A DNA stretch of 64,000 bases from a virus (Duplodnaviria > Caudoviricetes), in the IMG/VR virus record IMGVR_UViG_3300031993_006627, positions 32,001 through 96,000 of that record, one strand, 5' to 3'. The number at the start of each line of letters is the position of its first letter. The stretch's first letter is position 1. Shown here one piece after another: positions 36,643-47,065 of this stretch. Both the position numbers and the translations under genes were made by a program. The notes beneath the pieces are model-generated. The model was not told the DNA's origin. It was given only the letters and a program-made list of their open reading frames with translations, and searched no databases.

Positions 36643-38526
36643 ATGGCATTCCATCCTGACCCAGTTACGGGTTCTGCAGCATATTCGAGACTCAATCCTT
36701 TTAGGACGTGGTCAAATTTTGTCTACCCGCGTACCATCGACCAGGTGCTTATCTGGGCGCAGTGGTTCTGGGATCGCAACGCGAAATACCGCACGGTCAT
36801 CCAGAAGGTTATCTCGTATTTCGTCTCCGGCATCAATGTCACCCAGACGAATGAAAACGAGTCCTCCGATACGGACGCGGTGGCCGATGTCAAGGCAATG
36901 CTGATCGACCAGTACGACCTTCTGAATCTCACCAACAAGGTTGGCGTGGAGCTGGCGGCTCTGGGCAACGTGTTTGTCTCCTGTGAGAAACCGATCACCA
37001 GAATGCTCCTCTGCCCGACAGAGGGCTGCAACTGGATGATGGCTCTCAAGCAGTTGACCAAGAATGTCGAGTACAAATGGGACGGCAAGCATTTCACCGG
37101 TGTTTGCCCGAAGTGCCATAAGGAAGTCGTGTACAAGATCCATGACCAGGAGACCACGGATGCAGAAGGCCGCAAGGTGAAATTCATCTTCCGCGATCCA
37201 CAGGACATCCGCATCCAGTATAACCGGCTGACCGATACCTTCATGTATTACTACAAGATGCCGGATGACATCCGTAACGCCATTCTCCGTGGCGACCCTG
37301 TGTATCTGCTGAATACCCCGCAGGTGTTCCTGGAAGCGGCGCCGGAACAGGCACTCATCGAGTTCCGGGAAGAGGATTTCTTTGCCGCCAGAACCTACAC
37401 GCTGTCTTGCCTGGACAAGCGCTATAAGGGCTGGGGGCTTCCTCTTTTCATGCCCAGCTTCGACAACATGCTCCGGTTGCAGCATCTGGATAAATTCAAC
37501 GAAGCGATCACGCTGGATTACATCGCACCGACCCGTATCATCAGCCCACAGCCGCAGAACCTGCAGGCCGGCATGGGCGATCCGAACCGCGCACCTCTCA
37601 GCGGCAACGTCTTCCGGAGCTTCATCGAGAGCAGCCTGAAGCGTGTCAAGGAGAACCCGACCACCTGGATCGTTTCGCCGGTTCCCGTGCAGTACCAGCT
37701 GATGGGCGGCGAGGGCAAGGAACTCGCTCCCGTGGATCTCATGGAGTGGTACGTCACCCAGTTCAACTCCGATACCGGCATCCCGCAGGAATTCCGTCAA
37801 ACCACCTTCCAGGTGGTTGCTCCGTCCATGGGCATGCGCATGTTCGAACGCCAGTGGCGCCCGAATACCAAGCCGATGGACCGGTTTGTCCGCTGGGCTG
37901 GCCAGCATGTCTGCGACGTGGAAAAGGCTGAGAACATGCGTGTCACGCTGGATATCACCAGTTTCGTCGAAGACGACATGAACAAGCAGATGCGCTTCCA
38001 GCTGATGCAGGGCGGCGTGATCTCCAAGACCGAAACGCTGCGCAGTATCGGCATCGAGTTCGAGGACGACCTGAAGACCCGCATCGGAGAAATGAAGAAG
38101 GAACAGGAGCTCATGCAGAAGGAAGAGAAGGACCAGCAGGACCGCGAGATGGTTGGCTCGGTCATTCCTCCCACTGTTCTCAACGGTGTCAATCAGGCGC
38201 AGGGTGTTCTGGATGCCCAGATGGGTGTTCCACAGGATCCCAATGCACCGGCTGGTCCTGGTGCCCCGATGGCTCCTGCTGCACCGGCCCCGGCCAGCAA
38301 TCCGGATTCGGAGGGCGGCGGTGCCCCGATGGGCAGCGTCTGGCAGCAGGCGATGGACGAGGCGAACAGACTCTATACGCTGCCGCCTGAAGTACGTCGT
38401 CGTGAGCTGGTCAACATGAAAGCCAATAACCAGGAACTCCATGCGGCAGTTATCGAGATCATGAAGGACATGAAGCAGGACGTCGCATCGCAGGCCGTGG
38501 CCCAGAGCCAGCAGCCGCAACAGTAA
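36643..38526 (+). CDS. probable portal protein
   Basis: 627 aa; 'ELAALGNVFV', 'GWGLPLFMPSF...L', 'GIP.EF', 'GVISKTETLRSIG.EFEDD' portal-like pattern; CxxxxC/CxxC insert; P/Q-rich tail; heads the structural block. Confidence 0.6.
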   Translation: MAFHPDPVTGSAAYSRLNPFRTWSNFVYPRTIDQVLIWAQWFWDRNAKYRTVIQKVISYFVSGINVTQTNENESSDTDAVADVKAMLIDQYDLLNLTNKVGVELAALGNVFVSCEKPITRMLLCPTEGCNWMMALKQLTKNVEYKWDGKHFTGVCPKCHKEVVYKIHDQETTDAEGRKVKFIFRDPQDIRIQYNRLTDTFMYYYKMPDDIRNAILRGDPVYLLNTPQVFLEAAPEQALIEFREEDFFAARTYTLSCLDKRYKGWGLPLFMPSFDNMLRLQHLDKFNEAITLDYIAPTRIISPQPQNLQAGMGDPNRAPLSGNVFRSFIESSLKRVKENPTTWIVSPVPVQYQLMGGEGKELAPVDLMEWYVTQFNSDTGIPQEFRQTTFQVVAPSMGMRMFERQWRPNTKPMDRFVRWAGQHVCDVEKAENMRVTLDITSFVEDDMNKQMRFQLMQGGVISKTETLRSIGIEFEDDLKTRIGEMKKEQELMQKEEKDQQDREMVGSVIPPTVLNGVNQAQGVLDAQMGVPQDPNAPAGPGAPMAPAAPAPASNPDSEGGGAPMGSVWQQAMDEANRLYTLPPEVRRRELVNMKANNQELHAAVIEIMKDMKQDVASQAVAQSQQPQQ

Positions 38527-38536
38527 GGAGAGCACC

Positions 38537-40600
38537 ATGACACTTGGCACGCTTATTAAGTTGGCGACAGAGCCGATTGAAATACCAGAAGGAGATCATT
38601 ACGGTCTTGGGAAAGTCCGGGATTTTTCCAATAAATATCTTGGCACGAATTTCACCTTTGGTGGGGATACCACGATTGATACCACACCCAGAGAACTGAT
38701 GCCAAAGAATGACCTTTCTGATGATTTAAGTCGCAGGCAGTCCCTTGTCAACGCATATCAACAGGGCCAGAACGACGCAAGCGACCGTTCCATTTTAGGT
38801 TTTGCCAAACCTTGGACAGAGCACCCCGATTATATTTCTGCCAAGCCGCCGACGGATCCGTGGTTGCGAGAACTGGATGAAGCGAAACGTCAGGGATACA
38901 ATGACAAGATGAAGGGCTACGCCATGAATGCCTCGGAGTATGCCGCTCGTCTGTCAAGAATCGCTCCATACGGTGTCCCACAGGTCGCAGATCGTCTGGC
39001 CGGCGCTATTACAAATGGAAAGATGGGTGTCACGGACTGGAACCAGACCAGGTCAGCCAACGATATTCAGAGAGAATATGCCAATGATGTAACTCGTACA
39101 CTTGATAATCCAGATACGCCACAGGGTCGGGACTATATCGCATTCAGGACGGGACTTACAGCGAATTCCCCGTGGACTGCCGGCATGAAAGACTGGGGCA
39201 GGGCGCACCCTGATAGCCCTATCGGCACAGTCGGAAATGCTCTGGGCCGTGTTGAGGATTTCGGGAACGAGCTGTTCAATAAGGGGAGTCTGATCAATGT
39301 CGGTCTCGCTGGTCCTGTAGGAAAAGCACTCACGTTCGGCAAGATGCGCCCAGGCATGCGCATCGCCGCAGAGGGCGCTGCTCTTGCTGCCCCGGACTGG
39401 GTGTATGCTGCAAGCCCGGAAGCTGCCATGTGGATCGGCAAACGGCCCATGCAGCAGGATGAGCGAGCAGCCCGGTTGACTTATGGTGATGCCATTGCCA
39501 ACCGCATGGCGAACGACAAGTATATGGGCTACTGGAGCGATGATAACGGTAATTACACGTTCAGTGGCTCGCAGATCAAGGATCCGGCGAAATTCGGTCA
39601 GGCTCTTGGTTATTTCCCGGACTACGGGCAGTATCTTCAGCAGCATGACATTGCGCCGGAACACTATGCCAATCAGAATGTACTGATGAACTATGTGATG
39701 AACCGTGTAGGCACCGGCACAGCCGGTACAGAGCTGTTCAACACACCGATGTTCCAGATGCTCGATCCGTCGAACAAGGCAAAGGCATTCGATACATGGC
39801 TGGAGAAACGCTATATCTCTGCGGAACGAAATGACAAGATTGGATGGAATTCTGCAGACAGCAAGGCGGTCAAACTGTCGAAAGCACTTGCCAGTGACTC
39901 GACTGGTGTTCTTCGCAATGGCATCCAGAATTTCTTCCGGTACGCAGATGCTCCGACGATTGCCAATTATCTTGGTAGCCATGCCGGTGGTGCTGGCGGT
40001 GGAACAGAAGGTGACATGGATGCTTTGTACGGCGTTTTGAAAGACAGTATCGTGATGAATATGCGGGAGAATCCCGGACATATCACACCGCTGGTTCAGG
40101 ACCTTGTGAAGCTGAAAGCATCCCAGGATCTGCTCGCAAAGAATGATCCCAATGCATCCATGAAGGGTGCCGAAGTCATCAAAGCGGCTTTCAAGGATGT
40201 CATGAAGGATCCGGAAGTGACTTCCCAGATGAGTGCAAGAGACAGAGAGGAATTCATCGCCGCTGTTGCACCTATCATGGAGACACCTGGTGGCGCTGAA
40301 CTTCTCGGAGGCGAGGCTGATGAAGCCGCTATGGCCGCTGTGCGTAATCTGCAGGGAGATGTTCTCGGTGCGGCTATAAGGCATCCGGATATCATACCGA
40401 AACTTGCCGGTTCCTGGACAGCGACTCATATTTCCCCGGAGGCTGGCAAATATGTCAGCAATCCATGGGTCTTCTGGAGCGTTCTGGCAACATTGGCGGC
40501 CGGCGGCGTGATTGCCGCGAGCAGTGTCTTCGACGATGATGAGGACGAGGACGACGAAGAACGCCAGTACAGAAAGGCAATCAGGCTTCTCAGTCGATGA
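38537..40600 (+). CDS. putative virion protein, K-x-A leader, C-terminal TM
   Basis: MTLGTLIKLA; TM 'WVFWSVLATLAAGGVIAA' followed by an acidic tail. Confidence 0.65.
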   Translation: MTLGTLIKLATEPIEIPEGDHYGLGKVRDFSNKYLGTNFTFGGDTTIDTTPRELMPKNDLSDDLSRRQSLVNAYQQGQNDASDRSILGFAKPWTEHPDYISAKPPTDPWLRELDEAKRQGYNDKMKGYAMNASEYAARLSRIAPYGVPQVADRLAGAITNGKMGVTDWNQTRSANDIQREYANDVTRTLDNPDTPQGRDYIAFRTGLTANSPWTAGMKDWGRAHPDSPIGTVGNALGRVEDFGNELFNKGSLINVGLAGPVGKALTFGKMRPGMRIAAEGAALAAPDWVYAASPEAAMWIGKRPMQQDERAARLTYGDAIANRMANDKYMGYWSDDNGNYTFSGSQIKDPAKFGQALGYFPDYGQYLQQHDIAPEHYANQNVLMNYVMNRVGTGTAGTELFNTPMFQMLDPSNKAKAFDTWLEKRYISAERNDKIGWNSADSKAVKLSKALASDSTGVLRNGIQNFFRYADAPTIANYLGSHAGGAGGGTEGDMDALYGVLKDSIVMNMRENPGHITPLVQDLVKLKASQDLLAKNDPNASMKGAEVIKAAFKDVMKDPEVTSQMSARDREEFIAAVAPIMETPGGAELLGGEADEAAMAAVRNLQGDVLGAAIRHPDIIPKLAGSWTATHISPEAGKYVSNPWVFWSVLATLAAGGVIAASSVFDDDEDEDDEERQYRKAIRLLSR

Positions 40601-40630
40601 TGACGCGGCGGCTTTACTAAGAGGTGAACC

Positions 40631-41470
40631 ATGACAGATAATCCAGTTTCAAGAGCCGCAAATGTTTACAGAACGGTGACTGTGAACCCGACAATCAATG
40701 CCGGGATGCAGGGCGCGGTGGGCGCTGGCGTCGGTTATACAAGTTGGGATAGAATGATGAGTACGCTTCGTTCTCTTCTCCGCCGGCCTGTGGCAGCCAT
40801 GACCAGAATGTCTCCCAGGGAATTCGACGAAGAATGGGAGGAGATCCAGAAAGACAAGAAGATGCGGATCATCATTCCCAGCAGCATCGGCGCCAGTATC
40901 ATGGGGCTCAGTCTTCTGACTTCTTATCGACCCAATGAAGCACACGGCGGTCTGCTCAGTTGGAACGATGATCCAAAACCGCTGGATAAGACTGTGTATC
41001 GCGGCTACCGGATGCCGAATGATCCGAATCTGGAGATCAAGAAAACGGCGGCACTCAAGAAGCTGGCGAATGACATGTTCGAGTACGGCGGCTTTGTTCC
41101 ACGAGTGGATTTTTCACAGGTGTTCGATGCTCCTGCCATGAGACAGGAACTTTTCTCCAATGACCCCTGGATGAAGAAGGATCCCCTGACACAATACCGT
41201 GGTATCTCGATTCTTGCAGATGCCCAGAATCGTGCTGGTTCTTCGAATGTGTCCCTTGGTAATCTGTACGACAGTGCCATGGACAAATTCAAAACGAAGT
41301 TCAGCCTGATGGGTGTTACCGGTATCGCGGCCAAGACGATGTTCGCCAATGCAGCGTCCGACCTCCTGGTCAATGCTATCGGGACCATGCTTGATGTTCC
41401 ACAGGAGACTCGTGAGGATCTCATCAGCGCCGGTACATGGTACGGTGCAGCAAAAGCAATTCTAACATGA
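40631..41470 (+). CDS. putative virion protein (Gly-zipper, K-x-A)
   Basis: GAVGAGVGY; KKTAALKKLAND. Confidence 0.65.
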   Translation: MTDNPVSRAANVYRTVTVNPTINAGMQGAVGAGVGYTSWDRMMSTLRSLLRRPVAAMTRMSPREFDEEWEEIQKDKKMRIIIPSSIGASIMGLSLLTSYRPNEAHGGLLSWNDDPKPLDKTVYRGYRMPNDPNLEIKKTAALKKLANDMFEYGGFVPRVDFSQVFDAPAMRQELFSNDPWMKKDPLTQYRGISILADAQNRAGSSNVSLGNLYDSAMDKFKTKFSLMGVTGIAAKTMFANAASDLLVNAIGTMLDVPQETREDLISAGTWYGAAKAILT

Positions 41471-41480
41471 GGTATTACAT

Positions 41481-41825
41481 ATGAATATTGAGAACGTGAG
41501 AAAGCACATGCTGCACAAGAAAGCCTGGTTGGAGATCACCCCCGTGCTCAAGCAGCTTTTCGGCGGTGCGACAGCCGGCGCGGAAGCCGGTAAGAACATC
41601 GCCCTGTACTTGCTTGGCGCGGCCGCTGTAGGCGGTGGCGCCATCGGCGCTTTCGGGGCCAACATTACGGCTCATGGGAAACAGGATGAGGATACGGTAA
41701 AGAAAGAGTACGAGAATGAACGTCTGAAGGCCGACGTCGGCTATATCGCCAGTCGTCTGGAGGACGAGTACAACCGGTCCAAAACTGCAACCAAACCGAA
41801 AGCCGCAAGGGTGCTGAATGTCTAA
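41481..41825 (+). CDS. putative virion protein (Gly-zipper, K-x-A)
   Basis: HKKAWL; LLGAAAVGGGAIGAFGA. Confidence 0.65.
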   Translation: MNIENVRKHMLHKKAWLEITPVLKQLFGGATAGAEAGKNIALYLLGAAAVGGGAIGAFGANITAHGKQDEDTVKKEYENERLKADVGYIASRLEDEYNRSKTATKPKAARVLNV

Positions 41826-42279
41826 CGATCCGCTGCTTGGAGAACTGATCTCCCCCGAAGATGTTGTTCTGATCAACGATGAGGATCTCCCTGGTCTCGA
41901 TGATGAAAGGAACAAGAAAGACAAGAATACCGTGACCGCTTACAATGGCGATGTTCTTTTTGCCTATCGGGAAGAGAACAAGATCAACGGTGTCATTGTC
42001 AACGAGGCAGATCGCGATCTGCCGGTCGAACGGGACGATCAGATCCAGCAGTTTTTCCGGCTTCATCATGTACCGCACTCTGAGATCCTCCGTCTGCCGG
42101 CCGACAACGATAAATATAATCAGTTGCTCCAAGACGTTTATGACGGAAAGGCTATCATAGTAGATGAACAGAAACAATTCGATGCTGCCAAAGGCGAGTT
42201 CATTGTCTGGATCCGTTGGGATTCAGTATGCTATGAATTGAGTCCACGGTACGCTTACCTGAAAGAGGACAAGAAATGA
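41818..42279 (+). CDS. hypothetical protein in structural block
   Basis: Overlapping operon gene. Confidence 0.65.
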   Translation: MSNDPLLGELISPEDVVLINDEDLPGLDDERNKKDKNTVTAYNGDVLFAYREENKINGVIVNEADRDLPVERDDQIQQFFRLHHVPHSEILRLPADNDKYNQLLQDVYDGKAIIVDEQKQFDAAKGEFIVWIRWDSVCYELSPRYAYLKEDKK

Positions 42280-43337
42280 ACAAAACAGCCGGACCATCAG
42301 CGGCATGGGGCAGCAGCCCTTATGGCTCCTATGTAAATACAGCGTTTCCTTTCTCCCAGTTATTTGGGATGACTGACCGTATTCCGAAAACATGGGTTGA
42401 CATGTTTCCGCACACAGAGGGTGGCCAGCGTGCCGCGCATATTACGTTCAAGGCCGGCTTCGATGCTCTTCTGGCGGCCGGACTGATCGCATTGTATCGC
42501 GGTGCCAACCATATCAGCCGCATGGCGGATATGGCAAAGAGCGATAACCCGGCCAAGGGCATGAAGTCCCAGCTCTCCACTACGTTTGCCGGCTCGCTTG
42601 AACCGGAGAAGCAGAAGAAGAACGCATCGTCCAAGTGGGGCCCGAATACCCTGGATCAGCCGGCTGTTTTCAGCATGGGGAATGCCTTTGGCACAGCTCT
42701 TCCCCTTGGCGCCGTACTTCTTGCCACGGCGGCCGCGTACAAAGCCACGGATGACTATCTGGACAAGCAGCGCAACAAGGCGCTCGATGTCGCCATCAAG
42801 AGCAAAGAGAATGCTCTGAAACGTCTTATCAAAACTCGCTCCAGACTGGCGAAAGGCAATGCTACTGACGGAGAAGTCCAAAGTGCGCTTCGCGGCATCA
42901 ATAACGAAGACCTGTATGTGAAGCAGGCCGGCATGGATAAGCAGGCATTCCTGGATGGTCTTTGGGATGCCATCAGCGGCGGTGCCCGGACGACCGTCGG
43001 TGGTTTCTCTGCGCTCAGCTGTCTTCTTCTCGGAGCTGCGGCGGTCGGTTCCTATTACTACTTCAGCAAGGCGGATGAGAACAACGTCAGATACCGTGCT
43101 ATGAAGCACGGTCTGAAGGAATATGCCCGTACACGCACCGGCTATACACCGATTGCCATTATCCCGTCGAAATCCCGGAAATTCTTTGCTGACATCGACG
43201 AGGAGAATGCTGCGATTTCCAAGAAGAAAAAGGAGCAGCTTGCGGCTGCTCCGAGTGTTGAGCCCGTTACTTCAGTGCGTGATGAAAAACCCTTGCTGAC
43301 AGAGGATTATAACAAGCCGATCTCCCTTACTCTGTGA
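42276..43337 (+). CDS. putative virion membrane-type protein (K-x-A)
   Basis: NKTAG, VKQAGMDKQAF; three hydrophobic helices. Confidence 0.65.
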   Translation: MNKTAGPSAAWGSSPYGSYVNTAFPFSQLFGMTDRIPKTWVDMFPHTEGGQRAAHITFKAGFDALLAAGLIALYRGANHISRMADMAKSDNPAKGMKSQLSTTFAGSLEPEKQKKNASSKWGPNTLDQPAVFSMGNAFGTALPLGAVLLATAAAYKATDDYLDKQRNKALDVAIKSKENALKRLIKTRSRLAKGNATDGEVQSALRGINNEDLYVKQAGMDKQAFLDGLWDAISGGARTTVGGFSALSCLLLGAAAVGSYYYFSKADENNVRYRAMKHGLKEYARTRTGYTPIAIIPSKSRKFFADIDEENAAISKKKKEQLAAAPSVEPVTSVRDEKPLLTEDYNKPISLTL

Positions 43338-43347
43338 GGCCGACATT

Positions 43348-44967
43348 ATGCGTAAGAGGTCAGATTTCTTACCAGGAAGTACACTTGGTCCGACTATACG
43401 ACCGAGTAGCCCACCTCCTGTCACAGCATCTTCTGTCCAGTCTACGACTTCACAAAAGCCGGGGAAGAAAGAAGAATTCACCGGTTCCCCTCTGGATATA
43501 CGTCTCAGAACTGAAAATCCCGCACAGGCAGAAACACGTAGGAATGATGATTTTGCCCGCTCCCTGGCGGAAAACATACGGTATACACAGCAAACCGGAC
43601 GGATTACACCTACCAGGAGACAAGCGCAAAGACAGCAAGCAGTCGAAGACTCTGTGACTCCAGCCTTTCAGGATTACAATTCCAAATTGCTTCCGTACTC
43701 TGCTCGTTTCGGGTCTTTTACGAACGGTGGCAAGCAAGTGTATACAGGCACGGCAGGAGGCAATTCCGAGCAGGATAGACAGATACGCATTATGAGTGGA
43801 GTTCCCCGTCCGGGGGATCTGCCTATTATCAACCCGGCATGGTATAGAAACTTGAAAACACCGCAGGGCACTGGCGGTATGGCCGGGCAGCTGAACAGGT
43901 TGCTTTCTCTTGACAGAACACCGGACGCTCCGAAGCAATCTATCCCGATGATAAGCAGCTATAAGGACTGGCAAGATGCGCAAAACGCCAAAAGACTTGC
44001 TGATCATCGTGTGGCTATGTTGCGGGATTTATCCAATCCCTATACATATCCAAAGCTCTGGAGCACTTACGGCAGCATACCTGCAGAATATGCCCCGGTG
44101 GGGCGTGACTATGACATGTCGATCCTGAAAGCGCTTGCGGAGCAACGCGGAACCCCATATAGCATGTTGACCGGGATGCAGAACCCGGCGGACGTGGCAA
44201 ATTTCCTGTATTGGCAGGAAAGGGGTATGGACAGCGGTGCACATCCGGATCTGCTTCCTTATGTGTATAATCAGCGCTCCTGGAACTCTGCAGTGCATTA
44301 TAATCCGCCTGATATGAATGTGGTGCGTGAGGATGCGCTTCCGTGGGAAAAGGCACTGGATACGGGACAAAGAGCTGTTCGGCTCGCACATAGCACCGCG
44401 AGTATTCCACGCGGACTGTTCTCCCAGTTACCCCAACTCGGTGTAAGCACAGTAGGTTCCATTATACAGGACATCAACTCTATGCGCGGCGCTGAAAACA
44501 AGAATTATGCCGTTCAGCAGAAGGTGGATGCTATCAACAATGCTATAGATGCGCCATGGCAAGGGCTCTATTTCCCAATCGACTATGCCAGCTGGAAAGC
44601 GCAACAGGCGATGCAGCCCCAGTTTTATTCTCAAGAGGAACTGAACAGGGTTGTAAATCCGGAGACAGGTAACATTGATTCTATTGGCTTGTCCAATCTG
44701 CTGACCAGAGCCGGTTTTACTTCGGCGGAGCTTGCCAGGAACCTGGCAGTGTTTGGCGGGGTGAAGCCAAACGCAGAAGCAACTTCGTTTATGGGCCGCT
44801 ACATCAGACCGAACGTTGTTCCTATTATGGGACATGTCGGGTTCCTGTCAGAAGTAGGGAAGCCCGTGCATGATACATCCATGTATTTGCATGATGCATT
44901 CAATAACTGGATGCAGCAGCGTATGAACCCGACTCCGGCATCAAATCAACCTCAAGAAAGGCCATGA
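43348..44967 (+). CDS. putative virion protein
   Basis: Long ORF, P/Q-rich. Confidence 0.6.
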   Translation: MRKRSDFLPGSTLGPTIRPSSPPPVTASSVQSTTSQKPGKKEEFTGSPLDIRLRTENPAQAETRRNDDFARSLAENIRYTQQTGRITPTRRQAQRQQAVEDSVTPAFQDYNSKLLPYSARFGSFTNGGKQVYTGTAGGNSEQDRQIRIMSGVPRPGDLPIINPAWYRNLKTPQGTGGMAGQLNRLLSLDRTPDAPKQSIPMISSYKDWQDAQNAKRLADHRVAMLRDLSNPYTYPKLWSTYGSIPAEYAPVGRDYDMSILKALAEQRGTPYSMLTGMQNPADVANFLYWQERGMDSGAHPDLLPYVYNQRSWNSAVHYNPPDMNVVREDALPWEKALDTGQRAVRLAHSTASIPRGLFSQLPQLGVSTVGSIIQDINSMRGAENKNYAVQQKVDAINNAIDAPWQGLYFPIDYASWKAQQAMQPQFYSQEELNRVVNPETGNIDSIGLSNLLTRAGFTSAELARNLAVFGGVKPNAEATSFMGRYIRPNVVPIMGHVGFLSEVGKPVHDTSMYLHDAFNNWMQQRMNPTPASNQPQERP

Positions 44968-44968
44968 T

Positions 44969-45532
44969 ATGAACTACCCTGTTCCTTATAAATACAACAT
45001 GACGAAGCAGGCGGAAGACGAGATTGCTCCGCCGGAATTCACTGCGAAAGAATGGGATCCCGGCTATAAAGCCAGCGAGGAGCAGAAGACTTATGCGGAC
45101 TGGCTGCACCGGTACTATGACCGCATGGATGAGTACACGGGAGAAGTCACCACGACGAAGCATCGTTTCGCCCAGTCGCTCGGTACTATTGCCGCTGCTC
45201 TTATCGGTGCGGCTGGAGGTGGCGCTCTTGGCCTGCTTCTTGGCGGTAAGAACGGCATGAGACTCGGTGTTCCGCTGGGCTTTTCCGCTGGTATGGCGGC
45301 TGATATTCTCGGTGCTGCCTATGGCTACAAGCAGCCAGCACGCTCCAAGAAGGAACAGATGGATTACATGAGCAGTAACGATGGCATTCTGCCGGAGCTT
45401 CTTACACCAGGCTACGCCGGCTATCAGCGCGGTCGCACTGCCAAGCATGTGAATTCCGTGGTCTCCAGGGAGATCCCGAAGAGCGTTATGAATTCCAAGG
45501 TCCGCAATTTCAATGATGTTGCACCCGCCTAA
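44969..45532 (+). CDS. putative virion protein (Gly-zipper, K-x-A)
   Basis: TKQAED; IGAAGGGALGLLLGG. Confidence 0.65.
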   Translation: MNYPVPYKYNMTKQAEDEIAPPEFTAKEWDPGYKASEEQKTYADWLHRYYDRMDEYTGEVTTTKHRFAQSLGTIAAALIGAAGGGALGLLLGGKNGMRLGVPLGFSAGMAADILGAAYGYKQPARSKKEQMDYMSSNDGILPELLTPGYAGYQRGRTAKHVNSVVSREIPKSVMNSKVRNFNDVAPA

Positions 45533-45553
45533 TAACTCAGAGGAGATATCAAT

Positions 45554-46156
45554 ATGAAACTTACACAACGCGAAATCAACATGGTGAAGCTCGCAGCCGC
45601 GCAAATCGCGGTCAACCGCAGCATGAAGAAACAGGCTTCTTTCCAGGAGAAGCTGGCGAGCTATGGAATCGGTCTGTGCAAACAGGCGGAAACCTATGGC
45701 CAGGCGATCAGCCGACAGGTTGACAAGGGTCTTGATAGTTTTGGCAACTGGCTGGACAAATCCTGGAAGACAGTCCAGATGAATGCCGGTAAGACACCAA
45801 ATCAGGTTAACCCACCATCTGATGCTGAATATCAAAAGGGCTATGAAATCTACGGAAGAAATCTCAAAGGTCCTTTCATGACACGTGTCTCTGGTTCTCC
45901 GTTGTGGGAAGAGACGGCTCGTGATCGCAAGATGAATAGGAGACTACAGAAAGAGGATGCCATATTCAACGCTCGGCTCGCTGCACGGGCTGCCAAAGAA
46001 CGTTTTCAGCGTCAGAAGAGCAATTTCCAGTTGAACATGGATCTTGCTCGTGGTGCCTCGACTCCAGAACGGAGAGATGATTATCTGAGAGAAGCTCGTC
46101 TTCTTCCGCCTCGTGATGACTTCGAGGCAACTTATCTCAACATTTTTAACAGGTAA
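45554..46156 (+). CDS. putative virion protein with four K-x-A motifs
   Basis: VKLAA, KKQAS, EKLAS, CKQAE. Confidence 0.65.
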   Translation: MKLTQREINMVKLAAAQIAVNRSMKKQASFQEKLASYGIGLCKQAETYGQAISRQVDKGLDSFGNWLDKSWKTVQMNAGKTPNQVNPPSDAEYQKGYEIYGRNLKGPFMTRVSGSPLWEETARDRKMNRRLQKEDAIFNARLAARAAKERFQRQKSNFQLNMDLARGASTPERRDDYLREARLLPPRDDFEATYLNIFNR

Positions 46157-46163
46157 GTATTAA

Positions 46164-46889
46164 ATGCCTGATCCAACTGCCACACTCAAGCAGCTTGTCG
46201 GTGCCCAGCAGAAGTTCATCGCGAACATTCTGGACCAGGGCAAGCCGAAGCAGATCTACCGGCTGGATGACTACAACCAGATCCGGCACGCACTGTTTGA
46301 CAACGTGAAGAATGCTGTTATGCAGCGCTTTCCGCTGCGCAACGACCGATATACCCTCGGTATCGAGGAAGTCGACTACGATGATCCGGACGAGATCGAC
46401 ATCGCCAAGCAGAAGCGCTGTATCCTGGAGGGAAAGTCCTGCGACCGGCGTCTACGTGGTTCCTGGGTGCTCAGGGATGCGACGAACGACAAGGTCGTCA
46501 GCAAGACCAAGCGCATGACTATCATGCGTGTGCCTTACATGACAGAACGTGGCACTTTCATCAGGAATGGGCACGAGTACGCTTTCACAAATATCATGCG
46601 CCTGGAGCCTGGTGTCTACACCAAACGCCGCGACGACGAGATTTCCGCACAGTTCAACATCCAGAAGGGTACCGGTGCTGGGTTCAACATGTTCCTGTCA
46701 CCGGAAACCGGCGTATTCAAGATCAAGCGCGGCACCACGACCTGTCCGGCATACACTGTGTTCAAGGATCTCGGCGTGACCGACGACCAGATGCAGGAAG
46801 CCTGGGGCAAGGAGCTTTTCGAGAAGAACAAGACGGCAGGTTCAGACGAGAAGTCCCGTCAGGCGGCTGACAAGATATACAACATGTGA
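46164..46889 (+). CDS. RNA polymerase beta subunit, N-terminal fragment
   Basis: 'VPYMTERGTFIRNGHEYAFTNIMRLEPGVY' corresponds to RpoB 'IPLMT..GTFVING.E.....Q..RSPGV'. Confidence 0.85.
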   Translation: MPDPTATLKQLVGAQQKFIANILDQGKPKQIYRLDDYNQIRHALFDNVKNAVMQRFPLRNDRYTLGIEEVDYDDPDEIDIAKQKRCILEGKSCDRRLRGSWVLRDATNDKVVSKTKRMTIMRVPYMTERGTFIRNGHEYAFTNIMRLEPGVYTKRRDDEISAQFNIQKGTGAGFNMFLSPETGVFKIKRGTTTCPAYTVFKDLGVTDDQMQEAWGKELFEKNKTAGSDEKSRQAADKIYNM

Positions 46890-46897
46890 GGACCGAC

Positions 46898-47065
46898 ATG
46901 CAGGCATATGCACAGTTCAAGATCGGACAGACGCCTTCAACGCCTACGGTAAAACAGAACGCAGCACCGATCCAGACTGTACAGCCGCAACAGCCTACGC
47001 AGTCGAATCCTTCCGGTGCACCAAAGCTGGAATCTTACGCGGAATTCAAGGGACAGAACAAATGA
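46898..47065 (+). CDS. 55-aa P/Q/T-rich microprotein
   Basis: GAGGA RBS; fills the gap and overlaps the next ATG; YAQFK...YAEFK. Confidence 0.55.
   Translation: MQAYAQFKIGQTPSTPTVKQNAAPIQTVQPQQPTQSNPSGAPKLESYAEFKGQNK

Noticed and set aside
36712-38550. Long minus-strand ORFs (also 39053-40429, 47230-48462, 53514-54626, 58931-59938, 62516-63970)
   Set aside because: They are antisense shadows of well-supported + strand genes, with no RBS or recognisable motifs.
41500-45500. Expected missing copy of the 25-bp site near 43 kb
   Set aside because: A manual scan found no convincing match, so the gap is reported as a gap.
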